64,000 nt of DNA from Dehalococcoidia bacterium (GTDB lineage: Bacteria > Chloroflexota > Dehalococcoidia > GIF9 > JBFMDU01): positions 2,132-66,131 of the forward strand of contig DAOUCU010000059.1 of assembly GCA_034431935.1 (NCBI GenBank). Direction: 5' to 3'. The translations under genes were made by a program, and so were the position numbers. Every line of letters begins with the position of its first letter. Position 1 is the first letter of the stretch. Shown here piece after piece: positions 1 to 10,108 of this stretch. Under the pieces are notes generated by a model that saw only the letters and a list, made by a program, of their open reading frames with translations, was not told where the DNA came from and did not search any database.

Positions 1-1071
1 TGGGTCTTTGATATCAAGGATGAGGACATCTTCTGGTGCACTGCAGACATCGGCTGGATTACCGGTCACAGCTATTGTGTTTACGGCCCGCTGGCCGCCG
101 GTGCTACCAGTCTTATGTTTGAATCGGTCCCGACGTATCCCAAAGTCGACCGTTTCTGGCAGATTGTGGAAAAGTTCAAGGTGAGCGTGTTCTATACAGC
201 ACCGACCGTCCTTCGCTCCTTGATGAGGGAGGGGGATGAGTGGCCAAACAGAAGGGACCTCTCCAGCCTGAGACTGCTTGGCAGTGTCGGCGAGCCGATT
301 AACCCCGAAGCCTGGATGTGGTATTACCGGGTTATCGGTAAGGAAAGGTGTCCGATCGTGGACACATGGTGGCAGACTGAGACCGGCGGCCACATGATTA
401 CGCCCATCCCCGGAGCCACCCCGTTGAAGCCGGGTTCGGCGACTTTTCCTTTCATGGGTGTTGACCCGGTAATTCTGCGTGAGGATGGTAGTGAGGTCGG
501 CGTAAATGAGGGGGGCTACCTTTGCATACGCAAGCCATGGCCCGGCATGATGCGGTCGCTCTTCGGGGATCCGAAGCGTTTTAAGGAAGCTTACTTCACC
601 AAGTTTCCGGGCTATTACTGCGCCGGTGATGGCGCCCGCCGCGACGAGGACGGCTATTTCTGGCTCCTCGGCCGTATCGACGACGTTATCAAGGTGTCCG
701 GCCATCGTATCGGCACTGCTGAAGTTGAAAGCGCCCTGGTTTCTCATGCCAAGGTTGCCGAGGCGGCGGTGGTCCCGATGCCTCACGATATCAAGGGTGA
801 GTCTATTTACGCCTACGTTACCCTTAAGGCCGGCGTGCCCAAGAGCCCGGAACTGGCCAAGGAGCTTATTGCCCATGTCCGCACCACCATAGGCCCCATC
901 GCGGCTCCTGAGAAGATACAGTTTGCGGACGCTCTCCCCAAGACACGCAGCGGCAAAATCATGCGCCGGATTCTGGTGAAAATCGCCTCCGGTGATGTTT
1001 CGAATCTGGGCGATACCAGCACCCTGGCTGACCCGAGCGTGGTTGACCAGCTCGTTAAAGGCAGAGTCTAA
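1..1071 (+). CDS. acs: Acetyl-CoA synthetase (AMP-forming), 3' part; the gene begins upstream of the window
   Basis: The ORF frame is open from base 1 (115-1 is divisible by 3). The C-terminal Acs region shows the motifs [31 protein letters not shown] and the acetylatable-lysine motif [11 protein letters not shown]. Confidence 0.9.
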   Translation, partial: WVFDIKDEDIFWCTADIGWITGHSYCVYGPLAAGATSLMFESVPTYPKVDRFWQIVEKFKVSVFYTAPTVLRSLMREGDEWPNRRDLSSLRLLGSVGEPINPEAWMWYYRVIGKERCPIVDTWWQTETGGHMITPIPGATPLKPGSATFPFMGVDPVILREDGSEVGVNEGGYLCIRKPWPGMMRSLFGDPKRFKEAYFTKFPGYYCAGDGARRDEDGYFWLLGRIDDVIKVSGHRIGTAEVESALVSHAKVAEAAVVPMPHDIKGESIYAYVTLKAGVPKSPELAKELIAHVRTTIGPIAAPEKIQFADALPKTRSGKIMRRILVKIASGDVSNLGDTSTLADPSVVDQLVKGRV

Positions 1072-1110
1072 GAGCCATCAAAGAAACGTTTTAAGGAGGT
1101 TTTCCAACAC

Positions 1111-1668
1111 ATGTCTTCCACCGAAGCGGGACAGGTGAAGTGGGCGCACCCGGGAGCACTCGGTCTGATGTGCTTCGGGTTCAACACTATCCTGCTCCAA
1201 ATCCACAACATCGGACTCATCAAGGGCGATATCCCCATCCTGTACGCTTTCTTCTGGGGAGGACTGGCTCAGGTCGTTTGTGGCATAATTGACGCCCGCC
1301 GGGGCGATACCTTCGGATTCACGGCCTTTACCGCCTACGGATTCTTCTGGATTGGTCTGGCATTCTTGCACTTCTTTGGCTATACCAAGGACTCCGCCGG
1401 CTTAGCGTGGGCCATGTTGTTATGGGGGTTGTTTACCCTGTACATGACTTTCCCGGCCACCAAGGTCTCGGTTACCCATACCATCATCTTCGCGTCTTTA
1501 ACGGTGCTTTTTTTCCTGCTGGCGGGCGCCTTCTTCGGTTTCTTGCCGGTGCAGGTAGCCGGCTGGGAGGGACTTATCTGCGGTGGTTCCGCTGTTTACG
1601 GTTCTGCGGCGGTCATCTTTAACGATAAGTATGGCAGGTGGGTGCTACCCCTCGGCTTGCCGAAGTAG
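1111..1668 (+). CDS. satP: GPR1/FUN34/YaaH (SatP) family acetate/succinate transporter
   Basis: 185 aa and about 6 TM segments. The N-terminal motif NPGALGLMCFGFNTILLQIHNIG and a GNTFGFTAFTAYGFFW block match the YaaH family signature (NPAPLGL...FG.TAF..YG.FW). An SD-like AAGGAGG lies 10 nt upstream. Confidence 0.8.
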   Translation: MSSTEAGQVKWAHPGALGLMCFGFNTILLQIHNIGLIKGDIPILYAFFWGGLAQVVCGIIDARRGDTFGFTAFTAYGFFWIGLAFLHFFGYTKDSAGLAWAMLLWGLFTLYMTFPATKVSVTHTIIFASLTVLFFLLAGAFFGFLPVQVAGWEGLICGGSAVYGSAAVIFNDKYGRWVLPLGLPK

Positions 1669-1704
1669 CGTGGCGTTGGACTGAAGGCACATAACTGGTG
1701 GACA

Positions 1705-1741
1705 AACAGAATGGCGGCGTTCTCAACGCCGCCATTCTGTT
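1705..1741. terminator. GC-rich perfect hairpin between convergent satP and the CoA-transferase/GNAT gene; putative bidirectional terminator
   Basis: AACAGAATGGCGGCGTT-ctc-AACGCCGCCATTCTGTT forms a 17-bp perfect stem with a 3-nt loop. No clear T-tract on either side. Confidence 0.4.
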
Positions 1742-1795
1742 AGGGCGTAAACTAAACAACTGAGTGATAGTCGAACCGTGGTCTGATTTCGCCAG

Positions 1796-3733
1796 TCAGG
1801 CCATGCGGTTGCTGAAGTCGTTTGTCTGGCCGGGTGGCGGTTCTTCTTCGAAACTTGTCTTTAAGGTACACATCCCCTCATCCTCTTTTTCGATATTGAA
1901 GCCGCTCTTGCACAGTACGTGGATAACCGCTCTGTTGTCAGCCAGCGCTTCAGCCGTACAACCGAGAAGCCCTTCGCGGCGCGCGATGTAGGTAAGGTAT
2001 TTTAGCAGTTCAGTGCCGACTCCCCTGTTCTGGTAATCGTCACGAATCGCCAGGGCGGTTTCAGCATGATGAGTTTTTTCATTGATGAAGTACTGGCCCA
2101 GTCCGATAATCTCTTCTCTTTCGCCGCGTTTGATAATCGCCAGTATCGCCATTTCTCGGTTGTAATCGACCACCACGAAGCTCTGGAGCCGCTCGTGAGG
2201 CATGTCCTGGCGGCGGTTCAGGAACCTGCGGTACATGCTTATATCGGAGAACGAGTAGAAGAAGTCCTTGAGTTTCGGCTCGTCGCTGATGCGGACCGGC
2301 CTTATGAAGATTTCAAGCCCTGACTTGGTGGTACGATAGGTTTCAAGGTGCTCCGGGTACTCGCCGCCCTTGCCCGTAACGTATTTCTGGTCCTGGTAGA
2401 TAAGACGGCGTTTCTTGGCCTCCTCGATGAGCCAGGGCCGGAACTTCGGATGGGCGATGGCGATAAGCTCCATGGCCCTTTCCCGGATGTTCTTGCCGTG
2501 GAGATAGGCAATGCCGTATTCAGTCACGACATAGTGAATGTCGCCGCGGTTTAACGTCACGCCGGCGCCTTCTTTGAGGAAGGGTACGATTCTGGAGACT
2601 TCGCCATTCTCGGCGGTGGACTGAAGGGCGACGATTGTGCGCCCGCCGGGAGACAGGACAGCCCCGCGCATGAAATCGGCCTGACCGCCGATACCGCTGT
2701 AAAAAGTCTGACCGATTGATTCGGCTGTGGCCTGGCCGGTGAGGTCGATTTCGAGAGCGCTGTTGATCGCTACCATGTTGCGGTGCCGGGCGATGACGAG
2801 CGGGTTGTTGGTGTAGTCGATCCGGCGGAACTCGATGGAAGGGTTATCGTGAATGAATTCATAGGTTGCCTTCTTGCCCATGCAGTAGGAGGCAATTGTC
2901 TTGCCCATGTTGACATTCTTTCGGCTGTTATCGATCGTGCCCTTCTTGATGAGGTCAACGATCCCATCCCAGAGCACCTCAGTATGAACTCCGAGGTGGG
3001 CTTTTCCTTCCAGGTGCGGCATGATGGCATTTGGTATATCGCCATAGCCGACCTCGATCGTGTCGCCGTCCTTTATCAGGCTGGCGACGTATTTGCCGAT
3101 ACGCCGTGTCTCTTCACCGTCGGTCGGGCTGTCGAATTCGAGGATGGGTTCATCGTATGGTACGATGAAGTTGACATTTTTAATGTGAATGAAGCCGTCG
3201 CCGTGCACTCTGGGCATGAATGAGTTAACCTGAGCGATTACCGTAGAAGCATTCTCGGCGGCGGCCTTGACGACATCAACACTGACTCCGAGGCTCATAT
3301 ACCCGTGTTCGTCGGGAGGGGAGGTCTGGATTAGGGCCACATCAATAGGGACAGCTTTGCGATAGAACAATTCGGGGACTTCTGAGAGGAAAATCGGCGT
3401 GTAGTCGGCAGTCCCCTGGTTGACCGCCTCGCGACTGTTGCTGGCGACGAAGAAAGAATTGTGTCGAAAGTTGTGCTGGAATTTTTCGTCGGCGTAAGGC
3501 GAATAGCCCAGAGTCCAGATATGGATGACTTCAGCATCGAAGAAAGCTTTGGGGTGGGTCTCGACGTAGTTGATCAGAGCACGGACGAGGTACTGTGGTT
3601 CGCCGCAGGCGGAGCTTATGAAAATGCGGTCGCCACGGTGAATATGACTGAATACCTCGTCCTCGAGACGAAACTTCTCGGGGTACTTATTCCTGACCTC
3701 TTCAAGCCTGGCTGTCTTCTGTAGAAGACTCAT
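1796..3733 (-). CDS. Acetyl-CoA hydrolase/transferase family protein with a C-terminal GNAT acetyltransferase domain (fusion)
   Basis: 645 aa. The N-terminal ~480 aa resemble the Ach1/Cat1 CoA-transferase family. The C-terminal ~150 aa form a GNAT fold with the acetyl-CoA motif QNRGVGTELLKYL. Confidence 0.75.
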   Translation of the reverse strand: MSLLQKTARLEEVRNKYPEKFRLEDEVFSHIHRGDRIFISSACGEPQYLVRALINYVETHPKAFFDAEVIHIWTLGYSPYADEKFQHNFRHNSFFVASNSREAVNQGTADYTPIFLSEVPELFYRKAVPIDVALIQTSPPDEHGYMSLGVSVDVVKAAAENASTVIAQVNSFMPRVHGDGFIHIKNVNFIVPYDEPILEFDSPTDGEETRRIGKYVASLIKDGDTIEVGYGDIPNAIMPHLEGKAHLGVHTEVLWDGIVDLIKKGTIDNSRKNVNMGKTIASYCMGKKATYEFIHDNPSIEFRRIDYTNNPLVIARHRNMVAINSALEIDLTGQATAESIGQTFYSGIGGQADFMRGAVLSPGGRTIVALQSTAENGEVSRIVPFLKEGAGVTLNRGDIHYVVTEYGIAYLHGKNIRERAMELIAIAHPKFRPWLIEEAKKRRLIYQDQKYVTGKGGEYPEHLETYRTTKSGLEIFIRPVRISDEPKLKDFFYSFSDISMYRRFLNRRQDMPHERLQSFVVVDYNREMAILAIIKRGEREEIIGLGQYFINEKTHHAETALAIRDDYQNRGVGTELLKYLTYIARREGLLGCTAEALADNRAVIHVLCKSGFNIEKEDEGMCTLKTSFEEEPPPGQTNDFSNRMA

Positions 3734-3879
3734 TCACGTCCCCCAACGTGCACCTTTCAGGGACTGGCAGTGGATACCACTAAGTAATTACCCTGAAGCT
3801 TATTCTACATCTGGACTCGTGCCTTTTCAACGTAGTGACTTCCGGGAATAATGTGATGAAGAAAGCTGTCGGGACGCAG

Positions 3880-3918
3880 GTCGGAAAGAAAATGAGAAAC
3901 TGGTCTGTTAGACCAGTT
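3880..3918 (-). terminator. Putative rho-independent terminator of mtaB (minus strand)
   Basis: The hairpin AACTGGTCT-gtt-AGACCAGTT overlaps the stop codon. On the minus strand it is followed by TCTCATTTTCTTTCC. Confidence 0.4.
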
Positions 3919-5173
3919 CACCCCATAGTCCGTTGCTGGCGTATCCAATGAGCCGGGCATGAAGGAACATGTTGGTGATGGGCCTTCCGCTTTTCGTAAA
4001 GACACGAAGGTAGTTTGAAGTCAAACCGGAGTAGATCCCGCTTCCCGGCAGCGTCTCGGCTTCCCAGAGTATCCGTTGTACGGAACCGATCATGTTCTCT
4101 CGGAATTTTCTCGCTGAACTGCGCGCCAGGCTTAATGCTTTAAGTGTCCGTTCCCGTTTGACTGATACTGGTACTTGTTGCGGCATCCCAGCGGCGGCCG
4201 TTTCCGGCCGTGGCGAGAATGGGAAAACATGCACGGCAGAGAAACCGCACGCCTCGACGAAGGCACAGCTTTCGGCGAAGTGGCGGTCATTCTCGCCGGG
4301 GAAACCAATAATGAGGTCGGTGGTAATGCCGGCGTCTGGCACATATTCGCGAATCATGGCCAGGGTTTGGCGGTAGGCGTTTGCTGAGTAACCCCGCTTC
4401 ATTGCGGCCAAGGTGGCATCGCAGCCGCTCTGGAGGGCGACATGGAAATGACGGGCTAGCCTGGGGTCCTGCCAGGATGACAGCATCTCCGCCGTAATCT
4501 GGCGCGGCTGGAGTGATGACAGATGCAGTCTCTCCAGCGAGGTCTCATTGAGAACACGTTTGATAAGCCCGGCGAGATTAACGGTCTGGTGGTTGTAGGT
4601 TCCGATTTCCGTTCCGGTCAGCACGACCTCTTTGTATCCCATGGCGATGCGGCGGTTTATCTCGGCCACGACCTGGTCAGGCGGTGTTGAATAAACGTCA
4701 TGACGTATTCTGGGCACGATGCAATAGGCGCAGGAACGGTGACAGCCGTCCTGAATTTTGATAAAACTGCGCGTCCTGAATCGCGGTTGGGGTGCGTTGT
4801 CGGTGTTGTTGTGTGTATCGTTGCCAAGGCGTTGTGCAATGAGCTGAGCGAGACGTTCTTTGTCGTGGTTACCGTAGATTAGGTCGGCACCGAGGCGGTT
4901 AAGCTCGGGTGCCGCCCTTTCGGCATAGCACCCGGTGACTATTACCAGACTGTCTGGGCTCTGCCGGCGCGCCCGTCTTAGCCATTGCCGTGCTTTGCGG
5001 TCGGCAACGTGGGTAACGGTGCAGGTATTGAGCACCATCACGTCTGCGGGACTATCATCAGTCACGGCATATCCAAAGCTGGCGAGTTGCAGGGCGATAC
5101 TTTCGCTCTCGGCCTGGTTAAGCTTGCAGCCATGGGTTTGCAGGCATATCCTTATGGGTTTGGAGTTTCCCAT
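3908..5173 (-). CDS. mtaB: Radical-SAM methylthiotransferase of the MiaB/RimO/MtaB family (MtaB-like, tRNA ms2t6A)
   Basis: 421 aa. The N-terminal MTTase domain has Cys in [16 protein letters not shown] and VTGCYAE. The radical-SAM motif [11 protein letters not shown] is present. Confidence 0.85.
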   Translation of the reverse strand: MGNSKPIRICLQTHGCKLNQAESESIALQLASFGYAVTDDSPADVMVLNTCTVTHVADRKARQWLRRARRQSPDSLVIVTGCYAERAAPELNRLGADLIYGNHDKERLAQLIAQRLGNDTHNNTDNAPQPRFRTRSFIKIQDGCHRSCAYCIVPRIRHDVYSTPPDQVVAEINRRIAMGYKEVVLTGTEIGTYNHQTVNLAGLIKRVLNETSLERLHLSSLQPRQITAEMLSSWQDPRLARHFHVALQSGCDATLAAMKRGYSANAYRQTLAMIREYVPDAGITTDLIIGFPGENDRHFAESCAFVEACGFSAVHVFPFSPRPETAAAGMPQQVPVSVKRERTLKALSLARSSARKFRENMIGSVQRILWEAETLPGSGIYSGLTSNYLRVFTKSGRPITNMFLHARLIGYASNGLWGELV

Positions 5174-5333
5174 ATCATGGCATTATAAGATTGGCCCGGC
5201 AGGTGGTCAAAAAAGTCAGGGTTATCCCTGCCTGGGACTGTACGAGTCGTTTTGCAAGGGTTGTCTCGTTTGTGGTATAAACCGCGGAACTAGTGGCGGG
5301 TGTCCCGCTCGGGTAATGGAGGCATTGGCAATT

Positions 5334-6584
5334 ATGAGTCGTCGTGTTGTGGTTACCGGACTTGGGGTTATCAGTCCTCTCGGGTTGAATGTTGCGGATA
5401 CCTGGAAGAATGCCATATCCGGCAAGTCAGGTGTCGGCCCGATTACCCATTTTGATGCTAGCGGGTATGAAGTCAGAATTGCTGCGGAAGTTAAGGGGTT
5501 CGACCCCGGCGTCTATTTGGACCGCAAAGAAGCCCGGCACATGGACAGGTTCAGCCAGTTCGCGCTGGCGGCGACACTTCAGGCGATGCGGGAATCGGGT
5601 CTGAAGGTGGACGAGACGAATCAGGACGATGTTGGCGTGCTGTTTGGAAGCGGTGTCGGCGGCATACTTACTATTTACAATCAGGTCAGGATGCTTGTGG
5701 AAAAAGGTCATGACCGGGTGAGCCCATTCACCGTCCCGATGATGATTGCTGATGCGGCTTCGGGGCAGATTTCCATCAGGCTCGGCGTGCGCGGGCCAAA
5801 TCTCTGCGCCACGTCGGCGTGTTCGAGCAGTTCCGATGCTATCGGTGAGGCTTATGAGATAGTAAAGCGCGGTGATGCAGTAGCGATGATAACCGGCGGC
5901 AGTGAAGCGCCGATTAACCCGTTTGGCATCGCCGGGTTTCACGCGGCACGGGCACTTTCCACCAGTAATGCTGAGCCAGAGAAAGCCTCACGGCCGTTCG
6001 ACGCCAAGCGTGATGGTTTCGTAATGGGAGAAGGCGCTGCGGTGCTGGTTCTTGAGGAGCTCGAGCATGCTCTGGCCAGAGGAGCCAGGATCATCGCTGA
6101 GATAGTCGGCTACGGGGCGACCAGCGATGCCTACCACATAACTCAGCCCATGGAAGATGGTGATGGGGCTGGTCGGGCCATGATGAAAGCATTGAAGAAA
6201 GCTGGCCTCCGGCCGTCGGACGTGAACTATATCAATGCCCACGGGACTTCGACACCGCTTAACGACAAGTGTGAGACTATTGCTATTAAGAAAGTGTTCG
6301 GCGAGTATGCACGCTCAATCCCGATTAGCTCGACAAAGTCGATGACCGGGCATTTACTGGGGGCGGCGGGGGCTCTGGAGGCTGTTTTTACCATCCTTGC
6401 CATCAGGGACGGTATCGTCCCGCCGACTATCAACCTGGTTAACGCTGATCCGGACTGTGACCTTGACTATGTTCCTAATCAGGCGCGTCAGGTGGAGGTC
6501 GAAGTTGCAATGTCAAATACCTTTGGCTTCGGCGGTCATAACTCGGTGTTGGTCTTCAGAAGGTACACCGGGGCGCCGGCGTGA
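5334..6584 (+). CDS. fabF: 3-oxoacyl-[ACP] synthase II
   Basis: [17 protein letters not shown] with a Cys-His-His KAS II layout (ATSACSSS...HGTSTP...GHLLGAAG). GGAGG lies 11 nt upstream of the ATG at 5334. The longer ORF from 4935 is a spurious N-terminal extension that overlaps mtaB. Confidence 0.9.
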   Translation: MSRRVVVTGLGVISPLGLNVADTWKNAISGKSGVGPITHFDASGYEVRIAAEVKGFDPGVYLDRKEARHMDRFSQFALAATLQAMRESGLKVDETNQDDVGVLFGSGVGGILTIYNQVRMLVEKGHDRVSPFTVPMMIADAASGQISIRLGVRGPNLCATSACSSSSDAIGEAYEIVKRGDAVAMITGGSEAPINPFGIAGFHAARALSTSNAEPEKASRPFDAKRDGFVMGEGAAVLVLEELEHALARGARIIAEIVGYGATSDAYHITQPMEDGDGAGRAMMKALKKAGLRPSDVNYINAHGTSTPLNDKCETIAIKKVFGEYARSIPISSTKSMTGHLLGAAGALEAVFTILAIRDGIVPPTINLVNADPDCDLDYVPNQARQVEVEVAMSNTFGFGGHNSVLVFRRYTGAPA

Positions 6585-8263
6585 TCAAGAGCGATTGGAG
6601 AGTTCTGCCGCCAGTACCAACGGACGTACTGTCATCTGAAGAGCTGCCGCCTCTACTGCGGCAGCTCCTTTATAATCGCGGCGTCAGGGATGTTGTCCAG
6701 GCCAGAGCTTTCCTTGCCGCGGATAACACCAGTGGCGGTGACCCATTTGCCCTGCCTGACATGGATGCCGCAGTCAGCCGTATCTACCGGGCCCTACTTT
6801 CGAGCGAAAAGATTGCTGTCTATGGTGATTTCGATGCCGATGGTATTACTTCCACAGCCCTGCTTGTGGAAGGTCTCTCTTTACTTGGAGCCTCGGTTGT
6901 ACCCTACATCCCGCACCGCATTAACGAGGGATACGGGCTTCGCGCTAACAGCCTTGATAAGCTTCGGCAGGCTGGCGTCAGTCTGGTGATCACGTGTGAT
7001 TCTGGCATCACCGCCATCGAGGAAGTCAGGTACGCTCAGAAGATTGGACTTGATGTCATCGTGACCGATCATCACCACCCGCTTTCGTCGTTGCCGCGCG
7101 CCTGTGCCGTGGTAAACCCGAAGCGTAAGGATTCGCGGTATCGCTTTCCGGATTTGGCTGGGGTTGGGGTTGCCTACAAACTGCTTGAGGCGCTGTTTTG
7201 GGGGACCCGTCGGCGAAATGAGGTCAACAAATTCCTGGACCTGGTGGCGCTGGGTACCATTGCCGACATGTCGCCGCTGCTTGGAGAGAATCGATATCTG
7301 GTCAAAAGGGGGTTGGATCTTCTACGCTTGGGTCAACGTCCCGGGGTATGCGAGCTGGTGCGGCGAGCTGGGCTTGGACTGGAAAGCATAACTGCAGAGA
7401 CGGTTTCCTGGGTCTTGGGGCCACGGCTAAACTCCGCGGGGCGCCTTGACGAAGCTATTCCCAGCTATGACTTGCTGGTTACCAGGGATGTGGCTGAGGC
7501 GGGCAGACTGGCAGAGGAGCTTGAGCGGCGTAATGCCGAGCGCCAGCAACTTACCAAATCGGTGCTATCGAGTGTCCGTGCGATAATTCAAGAGACGGAA
7601 GCTACTTCGCCAGTACTGTTTGCCGGAGGAGAGGAATACCCGCCGGGAGTCGTTGGACTGGTTGCCGGGAAGCTGGTCGAGGAGTTCTATCGTCCGGTCT
7701 GTATCATAAAGAAAGGTGACGGGGTGTGTCGCGGAAGCGCTCGCAGTATACCTGAATTCGACCTGATGACTGCTCTGGAACAGTGCGCCGACCTGCTTAT
7801 TGAGTTCGGCGGCCATTCGCGGGCAGCCGGGTTTACGGTATCAAGTCAGAGACTGCCAGAGTTTGAAAGCCGTATGCGTGATCTGGCATCCAGACAGCTC
7901 CAGGGACTTGACCTGCGGCCGCACATTATTATTGACGCCGAAGTGCCACTGTCGTCTCTTAATCGAAATGTTTACAACACTATCCAGCAACTGGCACCCT
8001 TTGGCGTCGGTAACCCGGTTCCGGTGCTGTTGAGCCGCCGGGTCAAACTGGTTGAATCTCGCAGGATGGGTGGTCATGGTGAGCATCTACGCCTGAAGTT
8101 GAGGGATAAGAGCGCAGTCTGGCAGGGCGTCGGCTTTGGGCTGGGGAGTCTGGAGAGCGGGCTTGGGCCCTACGTTGACGTGGTCTATGATTTTGATTTG
8201 GATCGCTGGCGCGGCGAAGAAACGCTCCGGCTTAACCTGCTTGGTGTGGCCCCGAGTCAGTAG
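6581..8263 (+). CDS. recJ: Single-stranded-DNA-specific exonuclease RecJ
   Basis: 560 aa. DHH motifs ([22 protein letters not shown]) and a DHHA1 region (GGHSRAAGF). There is a 4-nt ATGA overlap with fabF. Confidence 0.9.
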   Translation: MIKSDWRVLPPVPTDVLSSEELPPLLRQLLYNRGVRDVVQARAFLAADNTSGGDPFALPDMDAAVSRIYRALLSSEKIAVYGDFDADGITSTALLVEGLSLLGASVVPYIPHRINEGYGLRANSLDKLRQAGVSLVITCDSGITAIEEVRYAQKIGLDVIVTDHHHPLSSLPRACAVVNPKRKDSRYRFPDLAGVGVAYKLLEALFWGTRRRNEVNKFLDLVALGTIADMSPLLGENRYLVKRGLDLLRLGQRPGVCELVRRAGLGLESITAETVSWVLGPRLNSAGRLDEAIPSYDLLVTRDVAEAGRLAEELERRNAERQQLTKSVLSSVRAIIQETEATSPVLFAGGEEYPPGVVGLVAGKLVEEFYRPVCIIKKGDGVCRGSARSIPEFDLMTALEQCADLLIEFGGHSRAAGFTVSSQRLPEFESRMRDLASRQLQGLDLRPHIIIDAEVPLSSLNRNVYNTIQQLAPFGVGNPVPVLLSRRVKLVESRRMGGHGEHLRLKLRDKSAVWQGVGFGLGSLESGLGPYVDVVYDFDLDRWRGEETLRLNLLGVAPSQ

Positions 8264-9059
8264 TAGCGGTTGAGGATGTGATGACGGCGGTTTGGGCGCG
8301 GCGTATTCTAACGACCAGTATCGCCGCGGCGGTGAGCAGTACCGTCAAGCTGATAACCTGTGCCTGCAACAGGCCAGCGAGCGGCAGTTCTCCCTCCCGT
8401 ACGAAACGGATCGCAAAATCACCGGTGGCGTACGCAATCAGATAGAGAAGGAAGAGAGCCCCCTGCGGACGGATGCGGTAGCGGGCCCATAACAGCAGTC
8501 CGAAAACGGCTAGGTTCCACAGGAGGAGGTACACCTGGGCCGGATGAACGGCTATGCCGACTGGTGCGAAGCTTTTCGGATCGGTCCATATGAATGCCCA
8601 TGGCGCATCGGTCGGTGTACCGTAACAACACCCGTTGAGGGTACAGCCAACCCGTCCTATTGCCTGGGCCAGCACGGCTCCGGGAGCAACGGTGTCTCCC
8701 AGCTTCCAGAATGATATGCGCTTGCGCCAGGCATAGAGTCCGGTAGCTATTGCCGCGCCCAGGATAGCTCCCCAGACGGCAAAGCCCTCGAAGCCGAATA
8801 CCTCAAGCGGGTGCTGGGAATAGTAGCTCCAGTGGTCAACGATGTGGACGAGTCTGGCGCCGATGATTCCGGCCAGAATGGCATATGCCGCCAGTTCGTA
8901 AATCTGTTCTCTGGAGATGCCGTAGCGCCTTGCCTCACGGGCCGAAAAAAGCACTACGGCTACCATGGCCAGTACAATCATGATACCGTACCAGGCAACG
9001 GCCAGCGGTCCAATCCGAAAAGCAATCGGGTTTACCGGGATAGTTATGACAGCATTCAC
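8232..9059 (-). CDS. lgt: Prolipoprotein diacylglyceryl transferase
   Basis: 275 aa membrane protein with the Lgt signature GRVGCTLNGCCYGTP. Its 3' end overlaps the recJ 3' end by 32 nt (convergent). Confidence 0.9.
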   Translation of the reverse strand: MNAVITIPVNPIAFRIGPLAVAWYGIMIVLAMVAVVLFSAREARRYGISREQIYELAAYAILAGIIGARLVHIVDHWSYYSQHPLEVFGFEGFAVWGAILGAAIATGLYAWRKRISFWKLGDTVAPGAVLAQAIGRVGCTLNGCCYGTPTDAPWAFIWTDPKSFAPVGIAVHPAQVYLLLWNLAVFGLLLWARYRIRPQGALFLLYLIAYATGDFAIRFVREGELPLAGLLQAQVISLTVLLTAAAILVVRIRRAQTAVITSSTATTDSGPHQAG

Positions 9060-10075
9060 TGGTGTTGCTCTCTAGTATCTTCGAATATCGCTTCGACGAA
9101 TGTACGGGGGTCGAATGGCACGATGTCCTCCAGTTGCTCGCCCGTACCTATATAGAGTATCGGTATTCTGAGTTCGTCGCAAATCGTCAGCGCAATCCCG
9201 CCGCGGGCTGTGCCGTCGAGCTTGGAAAGAAAGATGCCGCTGACTCCTACCGCTTCGGTGAAATTCTTGGCCTGCGAGAGGCCATTTTGTCCGGTGGTAG
9301 CATCGATTACCAGGAGCACCTGCTGTAGGAGATTGCCATCGCTCTTAGATGCAACGCGCTGTATCTTTTTCAGCTCTTCCATCAAGTTAAATTTGGTATG
9401 CAGGCGTCCTGCGGTATCGATGATAATCACGTTAGCCCGGCGGGCATGAGCGGCCTGAATGGTATCGAAAACAACGGCGCCCGGGTCGCTGCCCGGCTGG
9501 TGGGCAATAACATCGGCCCCGGACAGTTCTCCCCAAAGTTTGAGCTGGTCTATGGCCGCGGCGCGGAAAGTATCGGCCGCTCCCAGGATAACCTTCGCTC
9601 CATCATTTTTGACATAGTAGTTGGCCAGCTTGGCGATGCTTGTTGTCTTGCCCGAGCCATTGACACCAACCACCAGGATGAGTCGCCTGTTGCTTTTCAC
9701 CGGGTGTTCTACAACAGCGGCAGGTCTGGCGGAGTTAAGAAGGTTCACCATTTCCTGCTTGAGCAGGGCATAGACCCGGGAACCATCATTTGTCCTCTCT
9801 TCGCGTGCTCCCGTCTTCACCAGCTCCAGCAGTCTAGAAGTCGTGGAAACGCTGACGTCGGCTGAAATTAATAGTTCCTCAAGCTGGTCCCAAGTGTCGT
9901 CGTTGATATTGCTGCGGAATAGTCCAGCAATCCGGTGGAACCATTGCTGACGGCTCTTGCTTACGCTTTGGCTGGTACGTTTGAAGAGGTCAAGCAACTG
10001 AGAATGCCCCTGACTTCCCAAGTTTATGTTGACACAAGGACACGTGATTATACTACCGGTACTTGTGGCAATCAA
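9056..10075 (-). CDS. ftsY: Signal recognition particle receptor FtsY
   Basis: SRP GTPase motifs [20 protein letters not shown] and TKLDG, plus an NG domain. The true start may be the internal TTG at 9997 (LLDLFKRT... aligns with the short-FtsY N-terminus), because no SD precedes the ATG at 10075. Confidence 0.9.
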   Translation of the reverse strand: MIATSTGSIITCPCVNINLGSQGHSQLLDLFKRTSQSVSKSRQQWFHRIAGLFRSNINDDTWDQLEELLISADVSVSTTSRLLELVKTGAREERTNDGSRVYALLKQEMVNLLNSARPAAVVEHPVKSNRRLILVVGVNGSGKTTSIAKLANYYVKNDGAKVILGAADTFRAAAIDQLKLWGELSGADVIAHQPGSDPGAVVFDTIQAAHARRANVIIIDTAGRLHTKFNLMEELKKIQRVASKSDGNLLQQVLLVIDATTGQNGLSQAKNFTEAVGVSGIFLSKLDGTARGGIALTICDELRIPILYIGTGEQLEDIVPFDPRTFVEAIFEDTREQHQ

Positions 10076-10108
10076 ACGTTGCCTGGCAGCTATCGAACCG
10101 GTTTCAGG

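Noticed and set aside
4935-5333. N-terminal extension of the fabF ORF (track start 4935)
   Set aside because: It overlaps mtaB on the opposite strand. The conserved FabF N-terminus begins at [11 protein letters not shown], with GGAGG 11 nt upstream of 5334.
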